This document shows, in pieces, positions 36,758-45,342 of a stretch of DNA of 64,000 nucleotides (the first letter of the stretch is position 1; every line of letters starts with the position of its first letter). The position numbers were made by a program, and so were the translations under genes. The stretch covers positions 238,115-302,114 of the forward strand of contig JAWAKW010000001.1 of the NCBI GenBank assembly GCA_038887295.1, given 5' to 3'. The notes below the pieces were generated by a model. It had not been told where the DNA came from, did not search any database, and was given only the letters and a program-made list of their open reading frames with translations. This DNA comes from Candidatus Anstonellaceae archaeon. Its GTDB lineage: Archaea; Micrarchaeota; Micrarchaeia; Anstonellales; Anstonellaceae.

Positions 36758-37582
36758 ATGGATGTAACTGAGCGCGATTTTCAGGAATGCAAGGCAGTGC
36801 TGCAAAAAGGCTCAAAGACTTTCTTTTTCTCATCAAAAATCCTGCCAAAGGAAAAGAAGAAAGCCTTTTGGGCGGTTTATGCTTTCTGCCGCAAGACCGA
36901 CGATATAGTTGATGAGGGAGATGAAGACGCAGATAGCAAGGCAAAAAGGCTTTATTTGTGGAAAAGGCAGCTTTTGAGGGCTCTTTCAGGGAAAGGGAGC
37001 AGCGAGCCAGTGATTAGAGCATTTGCGAAAGTCGCTTTGCAGTACAAAATACCCAAAGCCTATCCTCTCATCCTCATGAAGGGCGTCAGCACGGATTTGC
37101 GCAAGCAGGAATTTCGCACCTTCCGCCAACTGCGGGCATATTGCTATTCAGTTGCCTCGGTGGTTGGGCTGATGCTTCTTCATGTCATGGGCGTAACTTC
37201 TGCGGCTGCTAAAAGAAAGGCAATTGCATTGGGGATTGCAATGCAGCTTACCAACATCCTGCGCGATGTGGCAGAGGACCGTGCTGTAGGGAGAATCTAC
37301 CTTCCCACCAAAGATTTGAAGCGCTTTCGACTTTCCCGCTCTGATATAAGGCCAAATTTGCCAAAAAGCAAAAAAGAGGCATTCCGCAAGCTGATCGAAT
37401 TTGAGTGCAAGCGGGCGCAGCGCTACTATGACCAGGCAGCTTCAGGCATTTTGCTTTTGCCAAAAGGCTTGCAGGTTGCAATAGCTACCGCCTCCAGCCT
37501 TTACTCCAGCATACTGCAAAAGCTGAAAAGGGCAAATTATGACGTCTGGGCTTCTGCCAAACTTTCAAACAGATTTACTTAA
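36758..37582 (+). CDS. crtB: Phytoene synthase (squalene/phytoene synthase family)
   Basis: DxxxD-containing FCRKTDDIVDE. Second Asp-rich region (...NILRDVAEDRAVGRIYLP). Start placed at the Met after the tRNA (MDVTERDF...). Confidence 0.75.
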   Translation: MDVTERDFQECKAVLQKGSKTFFFSSKILPKEKKKAFWAVYAFCRKTDDIVDEGDEDADSKAKRLYLWKRQLLRALSGKGSSEPVIRAFAKVALQYKIPKAYPLILMKGVSTDLRKQEFRTFRQLRAYCYSVASVVGLMLLHVMGVTSAAAKRKAIALGIAMQLTNILRDVAEDRAVGRIYLPTKDLKRFRLSRSDIRPNLPKSKKEAFRKLIEFECKRAQRYYDQAASGILLLPKGLQVAIATASSLYSSILQKLKRANYDVWASAKLSNRFT

Positions 37583-37843
37583 TTCCCATGATGCAATTGT
37601 TGCAATCATCAGCGCAAGCCCAAACGCAAGGTTTTCAGCCGGAATGAACGGAAGCAAAATGCCAAGTATTTGGGCAGGGTCAAACACCCAAAGCCCAACC
37701 CAAGTCATCAGGTTGTCAAAAATAAGCTGGAAAAAAAGGCAAATTGCTCCCGCTGCCGCAAGCTTTTTTTCATCCAGCCTTGCTTTTAGCGCAAGATAGG
37801 CAGATGCAATCAAGCCCAGTAAGGAAAGCAGAGTGTATTCCAT
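37565..37843 (-). CDS. Lycopene cyclase domain protein (heterodimeric CrtYc/Yd-type subunit)
   Basis: 92-aa, 3-TM protein with the conserved PxE(E/N) motif (IPAENLAF). Confidence 0.6.
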   Translation of the reverse strand: MEYTLLSLLGLIASAYLALKARLDEKKLAAAGAICLFFQLIFDNLMTWVGLWVFDPAQILGILLPFIPAENLAFGLALMIATIASWELSKSV

Positions 37844-37844
37844 A

Positions 37845-38141
37845 TCAACACTTCTTTTTTACAACCTCCCACACCACAACGTAAAACAAAGGTATAACCA
37901 CGAAAAACAAGACTTCCTCTATCGGCTGGTTTGCCACCACAATCCCAAGCATATACTCCAACCCAAACTTCCAATGCCCTCTTTCAACTGCAAAAATGTC
38001 CCAAGCAAGGAAAACCAGTGCAACCGGGGCAACAGCTAATGCAAACCTTCTGAAGTCAATTTTAACTTTCGCAAGCCAAGCTATCAGAAGCGAGGAGAAA
38101 AAAACAAAAGCCAAATACAAAGTATAGTAATACCACGTCAT
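37845..38141 (-). CDS. Lycopene cyclase domain protein (second heterodimeric subunit)
   Basis: 98-aa, 3-TM protein with a PIEEVLFF motif. Adjacent to and same strand as the other subunit. Confidence 0.6.
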   Translation of the reverse strand: MTWYYYTLYLAFVFFSSLLIAWLAKVKIDFRRFALAVAPVALVFLAWDIFAVERGHWKFGLEYMLGIVVANQPIEEVLFFVVIPLFYVVVWEVVKKKC

Positions 38142-39616
38142 AGTCCAAAATCCCTTCTGAATCTTTTTTCAATCAGCTCTGCCGAAAGCAAAACTATCGG
38201 GATCCCGCTTCCGGGGTGGGTGCTTGCGCCAACAAAATAAAGCCTTTTTATTTTCCTGTCCTTGTTTGGGGGTCTGAATCCTGCAGACTGCATTAGTACA
38301 GGTGAAAGCCCGAAAGTAGCGCCCTCCTCCAAATTGAATGCTTCCTTCCAGTCAAGCGGGGTGAATATTTTTTCCATCACAATCTTCTTCCTCAGGCCTT
38401 CCAAGCCAGACCTTTCTAGCTTTTCCAAAATCCTCTCTTTTAGCTTTGGAGCCTCAGACTCCCAGTCAATATTTGATGAGAGGTTGGGCACAGGAACCAA
38501 AATGTAAATTATGCTTTTGCCTGCAGGAGCAAGGGTTGAATCATGCACGCAAGGGTTGGCAACGTAAATTCCCGGGTTTTTCGGCATGATTTTCCTGTCA
38601 AAAATATCCTCAAAAGTCTCAAGATAATTTTCTGGGAGGAAGAAAGAGTGATGCGGAAGATCTATCTTTCCTTCAATCCCAAGATATATCATGAATGCAG
38701 AGCAGGAAGCCTTCAAAGACTTCACTTTCCAATCTGGCATGTGTGGCCTTTCCTTTTCATCTATCAATTTCAAATATGTGTAAGGCAAGTCAGCATTCGA
38801 AATTATCGCGTCAGCCTCAATTTCCCTTCCATCATACAGCAGCAGCCCGCAGGCAGCCCCTCCCTTGACTAATATTTTTTCCACTGGGCACGAAGTATGT
38901 ATCTCTACCCCAAGCTCGCCACACAGCCTCTCCAGCGCCTCAGCAACCGAATAAAGGCCACCCTTGGAGTACCATACTCCTTCTGTGAACTCAACATAAG
39001 GGATAAGCCCGTAGACTGCAGGAAGTTTAGTAGGTGCTGCGCCGATATAGACAGACTGAAGAGAAAAAGCAATCCTTATTTTCGGGCTGGAAAAGTATTC
39101 TCCTGTCTTTGCATAAAGGTTTTTGAGCGCCCCGGAAGACAAAAGCGCCAAAATCCCCTGGACGCTGAGCATGTCCAGCGGAGAATCAAAGTTTTTTTCT
39201 ATGAATTCCTTCAGCGCAACCTCGTAGTATTTTTTGTAATCTACAAGATAGTGCGAATACCTTTCGGCATCTTTTTTTGAATGCTTCTCAATTTCTGCAA
39301 TCATCTTCTTTACGTCAGTATCCGGGCAAAATTCACTTCCGTCCTCATACCTTATCCGGTAGGTTGGGTGAAGCTGCTGTATGCAAAGATAGTCTTGTAT
39401 TTTTTTGCCCAAGTCCTCAAAAAGCCTCTCAAGAACCCATGGCATCAAAAGAAGGGTCGGCCCTGCATCCACTCTGAATCCGTCCTTTTGGAAATTTGAA
39501 AGACGCCCCCCCACCTTCCCGTTTTTTTCGTATATTTCTACCTGGCAGCCAAGTCTTGCAAGCCTGCATGCGGCAGCCATCCCGCCTACTCCTGCACCAA
39601 TAATTGCGACCTTCAT
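38138..39616 (-). CDS. crtI: Phytoene desaturase
   Basis: FAD dinucleotide-binding motif (KVAIIGAGVGGMAAACRLARLG). CrtI-like C-terminal motif (YFVGASTHPGSGIP). Confidence 0.8.
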   Translation of the reverse strand: MKVAIIGAGVGGMAAACRLARLGCQVEIYEKNGKVGGRLSNFQKDGFRVDAGPTLLLMPWVLERLFEDLGKKIQDYLCIQQLHPTYRIRYEDGSEFCPDTDVKKMIAEIEKHSKKDAERYSHYLVDYKKYYEVALKEFIEKNFDSPLDMLSVQGILALLSSGALKNLYAKTGEYFSSPKIRIAFSLQSVYIGAAPTKLPAVYGLIPYVEFTEGVWYSKGGLYSVAEALERLCGELGVEIHTSCPVEKILVKGGAACGLLLYDGREIEADAIISNADLPYTYLKLIDEKERPHMPDWKVKSLKASCSAFMIYLGIEGKIDLPHHSFFLPENYLETFEDIFDRKIMPKNPGIYVANPCVHDSTLAPAGKSIIYILVPVPNLSSNIDWESEAPKLKERILEKLERSGLEGLRKKIVMEKIFTPLDWKEAFNLEEGATFGLSPVLMQSAGFRPPNKDRKIKRLYFVGASTHPGSGIPIVLLSAELIEKRFRRDFGL

Positions 39617-39684
39617 ACTTATCCTACGTCAATTGTGGAAAATAACCTTTATTAATTAGATTACAGACGATTATAGGGCTTGAA

Positions 39685-41445
39685 GTGAATTCTATGGAGC
39701 AGATAAACAAGGTGAATTGCAAAATCGGCGGGCCTGCTGGCTCAGGAGTTGCAACCATGGGGGCTCTTTTTGCAAAATGCCTCCAGCGCTGCGGGCTTTA
39801 TGTGGTTGGCACCAATGATTACCCTTCGCTTATCAAAGGAGGACACAATACCTACAAAATCCGGGCAGCACCTCATCCAATCAGCGCAATAGTGGGCAGG
39901 TATGATTTGCTTGTGGCACTTGACAAGCTGACAGTTCAGCTTCATGCCAGCGAGCTTTCTCCTGGTGGCGCAATAATTTACGATTCAAACAAAGTGAAGG
40001 ATGCGCAGCAGATTGCAGGCAGAACAGATATCCATCTGATTGGAATGCCACTCACCCAAATGGCTGCATCTGCAGGCGGGGAGATCATGTTCAACAGCGT
40101 TGCGCTTGGTGCTGCAATGGGTCTGATGCAGATGGATTTTGAAATCATAAGGACTATGATGCAAAAGATTTGGGCAAGGAAAGGGCAAAAAGTGGTGGAG
40201 GCAAACATTGCAGCTGCGCTTGCAGGCCACCAAGCTTCAAAATCCGCACTTCCTCATCCTTTCAAGGTACGGATAGAGTTCATCAAAAGGGAAAAGACCG
40301 TTTTTATGAATGGAAACGAGGCATCGGTTGCAGGGGCAATCAAAGCAGGGTGCAAGTTTGTGGCAGAATACCCGATGTCTCCTTCTTCCTCAATTTTGCA
40401 CCTGATGGCAGGGCACGAATGGGATTATGGCATCATTGTGAAGCAGACAGAGGACGAGATTGCGGCTGCAAATATGATTTGCGGAGCTGCGTTTGCAGGA
40501 GTGCGTGCGATGACTGCAACCTCAGGCGGAGGATTCTCCTTGATGGTGGAAGCTTTGGGGCTGATGGGGATAAGCGAAACCCCATGCGTGATTTTTGAGT
40601 CTCAGCGCTGCGGCCCATCCACAGGCCTGCCCACTTATACTGAGCAGGCAGACTTGCAATTCGTCCTTCATGCCTCGCAAGGCGAATTCCCAAGGGTGGT
40701 AATTGCGCCCGGCGACCCGCTTGAATGCTACATTGAGGCAATCAATGCATTCAATATTGCAGAGTTGGTGCAAACTCCAGTAATTGTCCTTTTGGATAAA
40801 TTCCTCTCCGAAACTTCAATCACCATGGAGGACATAAGAAAAATAGAAGTGAAAATTGATAGGGGCAAGCTTATGACAGACCAGCAGATGCAAAATGCAA
40901 CTTCCTTCAAGCGCTACCAAATCACGCAAGATGGAATCTCGCCCCGATGCCTGCCGGGTCAGCCCAACGGCCTTCACGTGTGCTCCTCTTACGAGCATGA
41001 TGAGACTGGCTACACCTCTGAAGCTCCAGATGTACGGGTGGCAATGATAAACAAAAGGGCAAGAAAACTTTCTGCAATACCTGAAAGCATAATCGCACCC
41101 ACATTTTACGGAGCCTCCAGGGAAGAGGCAGAGGTGGTTGCAGTCTGCTGGGGCTCCACCAAAATGCCCATGCTTGAAGCTCTCAACCTGCTTGCTTCTG
41201 AGGGCAGAAAAGTGAGGGCAATGCACATACGGTATGTCTCTCCCTTCCCGTCAAAAGCGGTTTTAGAGGAGCTTAAAGCGGCAAAAAACGTTATCATTTT
41301 TGAGGGCAATTCCGAGGCGCAAATGCGCGCCTTGATATTTGAAAAGACTGGATTTTACATTCAGAAGACATATCTTCGCTACGACGGCAGGCCGTTTAAG
41401 CCTGAGGAAATTGCAGATGCTATAAAGAGGGAGTTTTATGGTTAG
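39685..41445 (+). CDS. 2-Oxoacid:ferredoxin oxidoreductase alpha subunit (gamma domain fused to alpha)
   Basis: N-terminal gamma-like domain (KIGGPAGSGVATMG). Alpha domain (NGNEASVAGAIKAGCKFVAEYPMSPSS). Confidence 0.85.
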   Translation: MNSMEQINKVNCKIGGPAGSGVATMGALFAKCLQRCGLYVVGTNDYPSLIKGGHNTYKIRAAPHPISAIVGRYDLLVALDKLTVQLHASELSPGGAIIYDSNKVKDAQQIAGRTDIHLIGMPLTQMAASAGGEIMFNSVALGAAMGLMQMDFEIIRTMMQKIWARKGQKVVEANIAAALAGHQASKSALPHPFKVRIEFIKREKTVFMNGNEASVAGAIKAGCKFVAEYPMSPSSSILHLMAGHEWDYGIIVKQTEDEIAAANMICGAAFAGVRAMTATSGGGFSLMVEALGLMGISETPCVIFESQRCGPSTGLPTYTEQADLQFVLHASQGEFPRVVIAPGDPLECYIEAINAFNIAELVQTPVIVLLDKFLSETSITMEDIRKIEVKIDRGKLMTDQQMQNATSFKRYQITQDGISPRCLPGQPNGLHVCSSYEHDETGYTSEAPDVRVAMINKRARKLSAIPESIIAPTFYGASREEAEVVAVCWGSTKMPMLEALNLLASEGRKVRAMHIRYVSPFPSKAVLEELKAAKNVIIFEGNSEAQMRALIFEKTGFYIQKTYLRYDGRPFKPEEIADAIKREFYG

Positions 41446-42292
41446 TGTATCTGACTTCAATTCGCCCCACAATATAACTTGGTGCCCAGGCTGCGGGGAT
41501 TTTGGCATATTGGTTGCACTAAAGGGTGCACTTGCCAAGCTGGACATCCCACCTCATCAGGCGGTAGTGGTTTCAGGCATAGGATGTGGAGGCAAAATCC
41601 CGCACTTTATCCGCACATATGGCTTTGAAGGAATTCACGGCAGGGCACTTCCTGCAGCAACTGGCATCCACCTTTCAAATGACCAGCTTACTGTGGTTGC
41701 AATAGGGGGCGATGGGGACGGATGCGGAATTGGGATGGGGCACTTTATACATACCATGAGAAGGAACCTCGATATAACCTACATAATTCAAGACAACGAA
41801 ATCTACGGTCTTACCGTTGGGCAAGCTTCACCTACCACAAAAAAGGGGGTAATCACAAAGAGCACTCCTCACGGCACCCCAGAAGACCCTGTCAATCCGC
41901 CACTGATGGCGCTTGCGGCAGGGGCAACTTTTGTTGCGCGTGGCTTTTCCGGCAACATACCTCATCTTACCGAACTTATTGCAAAGGGGATTGCCCACCG
42001 CGGGGTAGCATTCATTGACGTCTTTCAGCCCTGCGTTGCTTGGCGCAAAGACTTGCCTTACGAGCTTTACCAAAAGAAAATATACAAACTGGAAGATGAA
42101 GGGCACGACCCTTCAGATTGGCATGCTGCAGTGGCTCGCGCCTGCGAAACCGAGCGCTGGCCAATCGGCGTATTTTATCAAGTGCAAAGGCCAATATACA
42201 CTGACCAAATACCATTCATAAAGGAAAAGCCGCTGGTTTCGCACGACATTTCCAATGTCGACATTTCAAAGTATGTAGAGGAATTCATGTGA
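41438..42292 (+). CDS. 2-Oxoacid:ferredoxin oxidoreductase beta subunit (TPP-binding)
   Basis: WCPGCGDFGIL, TPP-binding GDG...IGMGHF, and Cys ligands. Overlaps the alpha-subunit stop. Confidence 0.85.
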   Translation: MVSVSDFNSPHNITWCPGCGDFGILVALKGALAKLDIPPHQAVVVSGIGCGGKIPHFIRTYGFEGIHGRALPAATGIHLSNDQLTVVAIGGDGDGCGIGMGHFIHTMRRNLDITYIIQDNEIYGLTVGQASPTTKKGVITKSTPHGTPEDPVNPPLMALAAGATFVARGFSGNIPHLTELIAKGIAHRGVAFIDVFQPCVAWRKDLPYELYQKKIYKLEDEGHDPSDWHAAVARACETERWPIGVFYQVQRPIYTDQIPFIKEKPLVSHDISNVDISKYVEEFM

Positions 42293-43424
42293 GCTTTTCC
42301 ATCGCAGCCTTTACCCTCTCCTTTGCTATTTGCAGTGCGGCTTTCCGCACATCAAAGCTGTCCTTTTGAAGCACCAGGCGAGTATTTGTGACTATCTTTT
42401 CTCTTACGGTTGCAAACATTTCCTGTTCGCTTCCACCAATGTACTCAACATAAGAGGAAATTACTCCACCTGCGTTTGCGACAAAATCAGGGATAACCAA
42501 AACCCCTCTTTTTGCCAGCTGAAGTTCTATTTCGTGTGTCATTGGGATGTTTGCAGCCTCCACAATTACCCGCGCTTTGACTTTCTGAACATTGCTTTCA
42601 TTTATCACATTTGGCCTTGCGCCTGGGATAAGTACATCACATTTGAGCTCAAAAAGCTGTGCTGCTGCAAGGACAGTTGCGCCCGGGTAGTGCACCACGC
42701 TTCCTTTTTCTTTCTTGGTTTCCATTAGCTTCTCATAATCCAGCCCGCTTTCAAGGTAAGCGGTCCCCTTCGAGTCAGAGACTGCAATTATTTTTGCTCC
42801 CTTTTGGCTGAGGAATTTTGCAGTAAAGGTCCCGACGTTGCCAAAGCCTTCTATTGCCACCTTTGCGCCATCAAGCGGGATTTTTGCGTGCTCAAGCGCC
42901 ACCTCGGTTGCAAGCGCCACTCCAAATCCAGTAGAGCCAAGCTCATGCGGAAGCCCGCCCATGTTTTTTGGCTTGCCGGTGGCTGCCTTTGGCGTGCCGA
43001 TGGTTTTTGCAATTATCTCCATTTCATGCTCGCCAATGTTCATATCCGGCCCAGCAATGTAATATGAAGGGACCAGTGGCGCTATTTTTGAGGCAAAGGC
43101 TGCAACAAGCTTGTCCTTGTTTGGCGCATTGCCCACTGCCTTTATCCCTGCCTTTGCCCCGCCAAAAGGTATCCCTGCAAGTGCGTTCTTCCAAGTCATT
43201 GCTCTTGCAAGCCCAAACACCTCTTCAACTGTAATATCTGGCACCATCCGTATTCCACCTTTTCCTGGGCCAAGAGCAGTATTGTCTACCACCACTATGC
43301 CTTGCATTTTGGTGGCAGGGTCGTAGACCTGAAGTATCCTTTCAGGGCCAAATTCATCTTCAAATGGCATACTCTCACTCTCCACTAAGCCAGCAGCATC
43401 CTTTTTCTTCAAGCGCCTTTGCAC
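42285..43424 (-). CDS. Glu/Leu/Phe/Val dehydrogenase family (short, LeuDH/ValDH-like)
   Basis: GGIRMVPD...PFGGAKAGI catalytic region. NAD Rossmann GFGNVG. The start may be the internal Met (MPFEDEF). Confidence 0.75.
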   Translation of the reverse strand: MQRRLKKKDAAGLVESESMPFEDEFGPERILQVYDPATKMQGIVVVDNTALGPGKGGIRMVPDITVEEVFGLARAMTWKNALAGIPFGGAKAGIKAVGNAPNKDKLVAAFASKIAPLVPSYYIAGPDMNIGEHEMEIIAKTIGTPKAATGKPKNMGGLPHELGSTGFGVALATEVALEHAKIPLDGAKVAIEGFGNVGTFTAKFLSQKGAKIIAVSDSKGTAYLESGLDYEKLMETKKEKGSVVHYPGATVLAAAQLFELKCDVLIPGARPNVINESNVQKVKARVIVEAANIPMTHEIELQLAKRGVLVIPDFVANAGGVISSYVEYIGGSEQEMFATVREKIVTNTRLVLQKDSFDVRKAALQIAKERVKAAMEKLT

Positions 43425-44428
43425 CTTTTAGTGGTCGGGTCGCAGAATTGGTTGGGCGGGCAGTCTTCATGCCTTGTGCAAATTATTTTCACGCAGCGGT
43501 AAGCATTCACAGAGTATGGATCGGTTTCGCATCTTTCGTCATAGGCGCAGTGGGCCGAAGAAGTGCAATAGCCTACCTTAAGCACGCACTTGTGCTCCTT
43601 GGGATCGCACTTTTGGTAGAATGTGCATTCTGAATCAGATGAGCAATAGCCTGGCCTGGAGATGCAGCGTCTGCTTCCTATGTCGCAAATCTGCCATACT
43701 TCGCATTCAGCATTAGAGCCGCAAAGCCCGCGCTTGGCTTCGCACCTGTGCGTCTTTTGGTTGCAAAGCTGCCAGGAAGTGCACTGCTCGTCATTTTCGC
43801 AGAATCCTGTTGCAGCAACGCACCTTCTTATCGCAGGGTCGCAGCTTTGCCATTCAGCACAATCCAAATCATTGTTGCAGAAGCCTTCCCTAAGCACGCA
43901 TTTGTTTGTGGTGGTGTTGCAAAACTGCCATTCCTTGCAGTCTAAGTTGGTGGAGCACCTTCCAGGAAGCGGCACGCATTTGCCGGTTTGCAAGTTGCAA
44001 GTCTGGTAGGATTCGCAGTCATAATGATCTCTGCAAAGGCCGGGCTTGGGTACGCAGACGTGCTTTATCGGGCTGCAAATCTCGGTTGCATGGTTGCAGT
44101 ACTCGTCGCGGTCGCAAAAGCCTGCCTTGGGCCTGCAGGTGTTGTTCCCGCTTACGTCACACACCTGCCAAGCTTCGCAGTCCATGTCTGACCTGCATTT
44201 GCCTTTTATGTACGCGCACTTGTGAGTTGTAAGGTCGCAAGTTTTCAGGGTGTCGTTGCAATCAGCATCTGTGTTGCAATATCCTGATCGAAGCACGCAT
44301 GCCTTTTTTGTAGTGTCGCAATACTGCCATGCTTTGCAGTTCTTGTCGCTGGTGCAGCCTCCGCCGGCGCACCCATGAAGGATGAGAAGAGCAGCCAAAG
44401 CCAATAAAGCAAAAAGCTTGCCTTTCAA
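43409..44428 (-). CDS. Secreted Cys-rich protein made of about 9 tandem ~35-aa CxDC...WQxC...KC modules
   Basis: Signal peptide (MKGKLFALLALAALLILHGCAGG). Periodic Cys spacing. The DNA periodicity creates many spurious antisense ORFs. Confidence 0.5.
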   Translation of the reverse strand: MKGKLFALLALAALLILHGCAGGGCTSDKNCKAWQYCDTTKKACVLRSGYCNTDADCNDTLKTCDLTTHKCAYIKGKCRSDMDCEAWQVCDVSGNNTCRPKAGFCDRDEYCNHATEICSPIKHVCVPKPGLCRDHYDCESYQTCNLQTGKCVPLPGRCSTNLDCKEWQFCNTTTNKCVLREGFCNNDLDCAEWQSCDPAIRRCVAATGFCENDEQCTSWQLCNQKTHRCEAKRGLCGSNAECEVWQICDIGSRRCISRPGYCSSDSECTFYQKCDPKEHKCVLKVGYCTSSAHCAYDERCETDPYSVNAYRCVKIICTRHEDCPPNQFCDPTTKRCKGA

Positions 44429-44526
44429 CCAATCACCGTAAGCTTTTCAGCTGATAAATTATTAAAAATCATTAAGTGCGACACCCAACGAATAGATTTT
44501 TAATCTTTCAAAGCGCAACTTCAAGC

Positions 44527-45333
44527 ATGAATTCCAAAGCACTTTTGCTTTTCGTAATCCTCGTTTCACCTGTTTTTTCAGTAAGAGTGCTTTATCCAGT
44601 AGTTGCAGAAGTCAGCCAGCAAAGCAGGATTGAGATTGGCACAGTTGGGCCTGGGCAGACTTTTGCAGTTGCAGTAGACCCAAAAGTTTACACTGGGGGC
44701 AAGTACGGGCTGGGCGGGTCTTATGACTTGCTTGTGGCAACCAAGCTCCCAGAAGGCTGGAGCACAGCCCCGTCCAAGCTTTATTCAAATCCGCTTCAAG
44801 CAGAAGTAACAGTTTCAAAAGATGCGCAAGATGGCGAGTATGAAGTTGAGTTTACTTTGTGGGATGAGGCTGGAAGCGAAGGCTTGGGCGAGAACGTAAC
44901 GTTTGTGGCAAAAGTGCTTGTAAGCCATGATATAGTGGATATGAAAATAGAGCCCTCCTTTCTTTCTGTTGGGGCAGGGCAGCCTGCGCGCTATACCATC
45001 AAAGTGCTCAACAAAGGGATTGCAAATGACATTTTCACTATAAGCTCCTCTGGGGTAAGCAACTGGGCTTTCCAGCGAAGCATCTATATCCCTGCAGGCA
45101 CCAGCCGTACTATCTCCTACGAAGTGGTAGGAAACGAGGAATCAGACTACAGCGTACGCATCAGTGCGCGTTCAGCCTCAAGCGACAAAATCTCATCCTC
45201 TTCTGTAGTGAAGCTTGAGGTTTATACGAATTTGTTTTCAGACTGGAAAGCAATCAACAGGGGAGTCCTTCTTTTTCCTCTGACTCAGGCTTCTGCATAT
45301 TTTGTTGCCGGGCTCCTTTCGCTTCTGTTCTGA
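44527..45333 (+). CDS. Secreted protein with a C-terminal hydrophobic anchor (hypothetical, beta-rich)
   Basis: Signal peptide begins at the internal ATG (MNSKALLLFVILVSPVFS). C-terminal YFVAGLLSLLF. Divergent from the Cys-rich gene. Confidence 0.5.
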   Translation: MNSKALLLFVILVSPVFSVRVLYPVVAEVSQQSRIEIGTVGPGQTFAVAVDPKVYTGGKYGLGGSYDLLVATKLPEGWSTAPSKLYSNPLQAEVTVSKDAQDGEYEVEFTLWDEAGSEGLGENVTFVAKVLVSHDIVDMKIEPSFLSVGAGQPARYTIKVLNKGIANDIFTISSSGVSNWAFQRSIYIPAGTSRTISYEVVGNEESDYSVRISARSASSDKISSSSVVKLEVYTNLFSDWKAINRGVLLFPLTQASAYFVAGLLSLLF

Positions 45334-45342
45334 GGTGCTTTT

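Noticed and set aside
43662-44232. Plus-strand ORFs of 65-115 aa antisense to the Cys-rich repeat gene
   Set aside because: Generated by the tandem DNA periodicity of the repeat protein, and they overlap it entirely.
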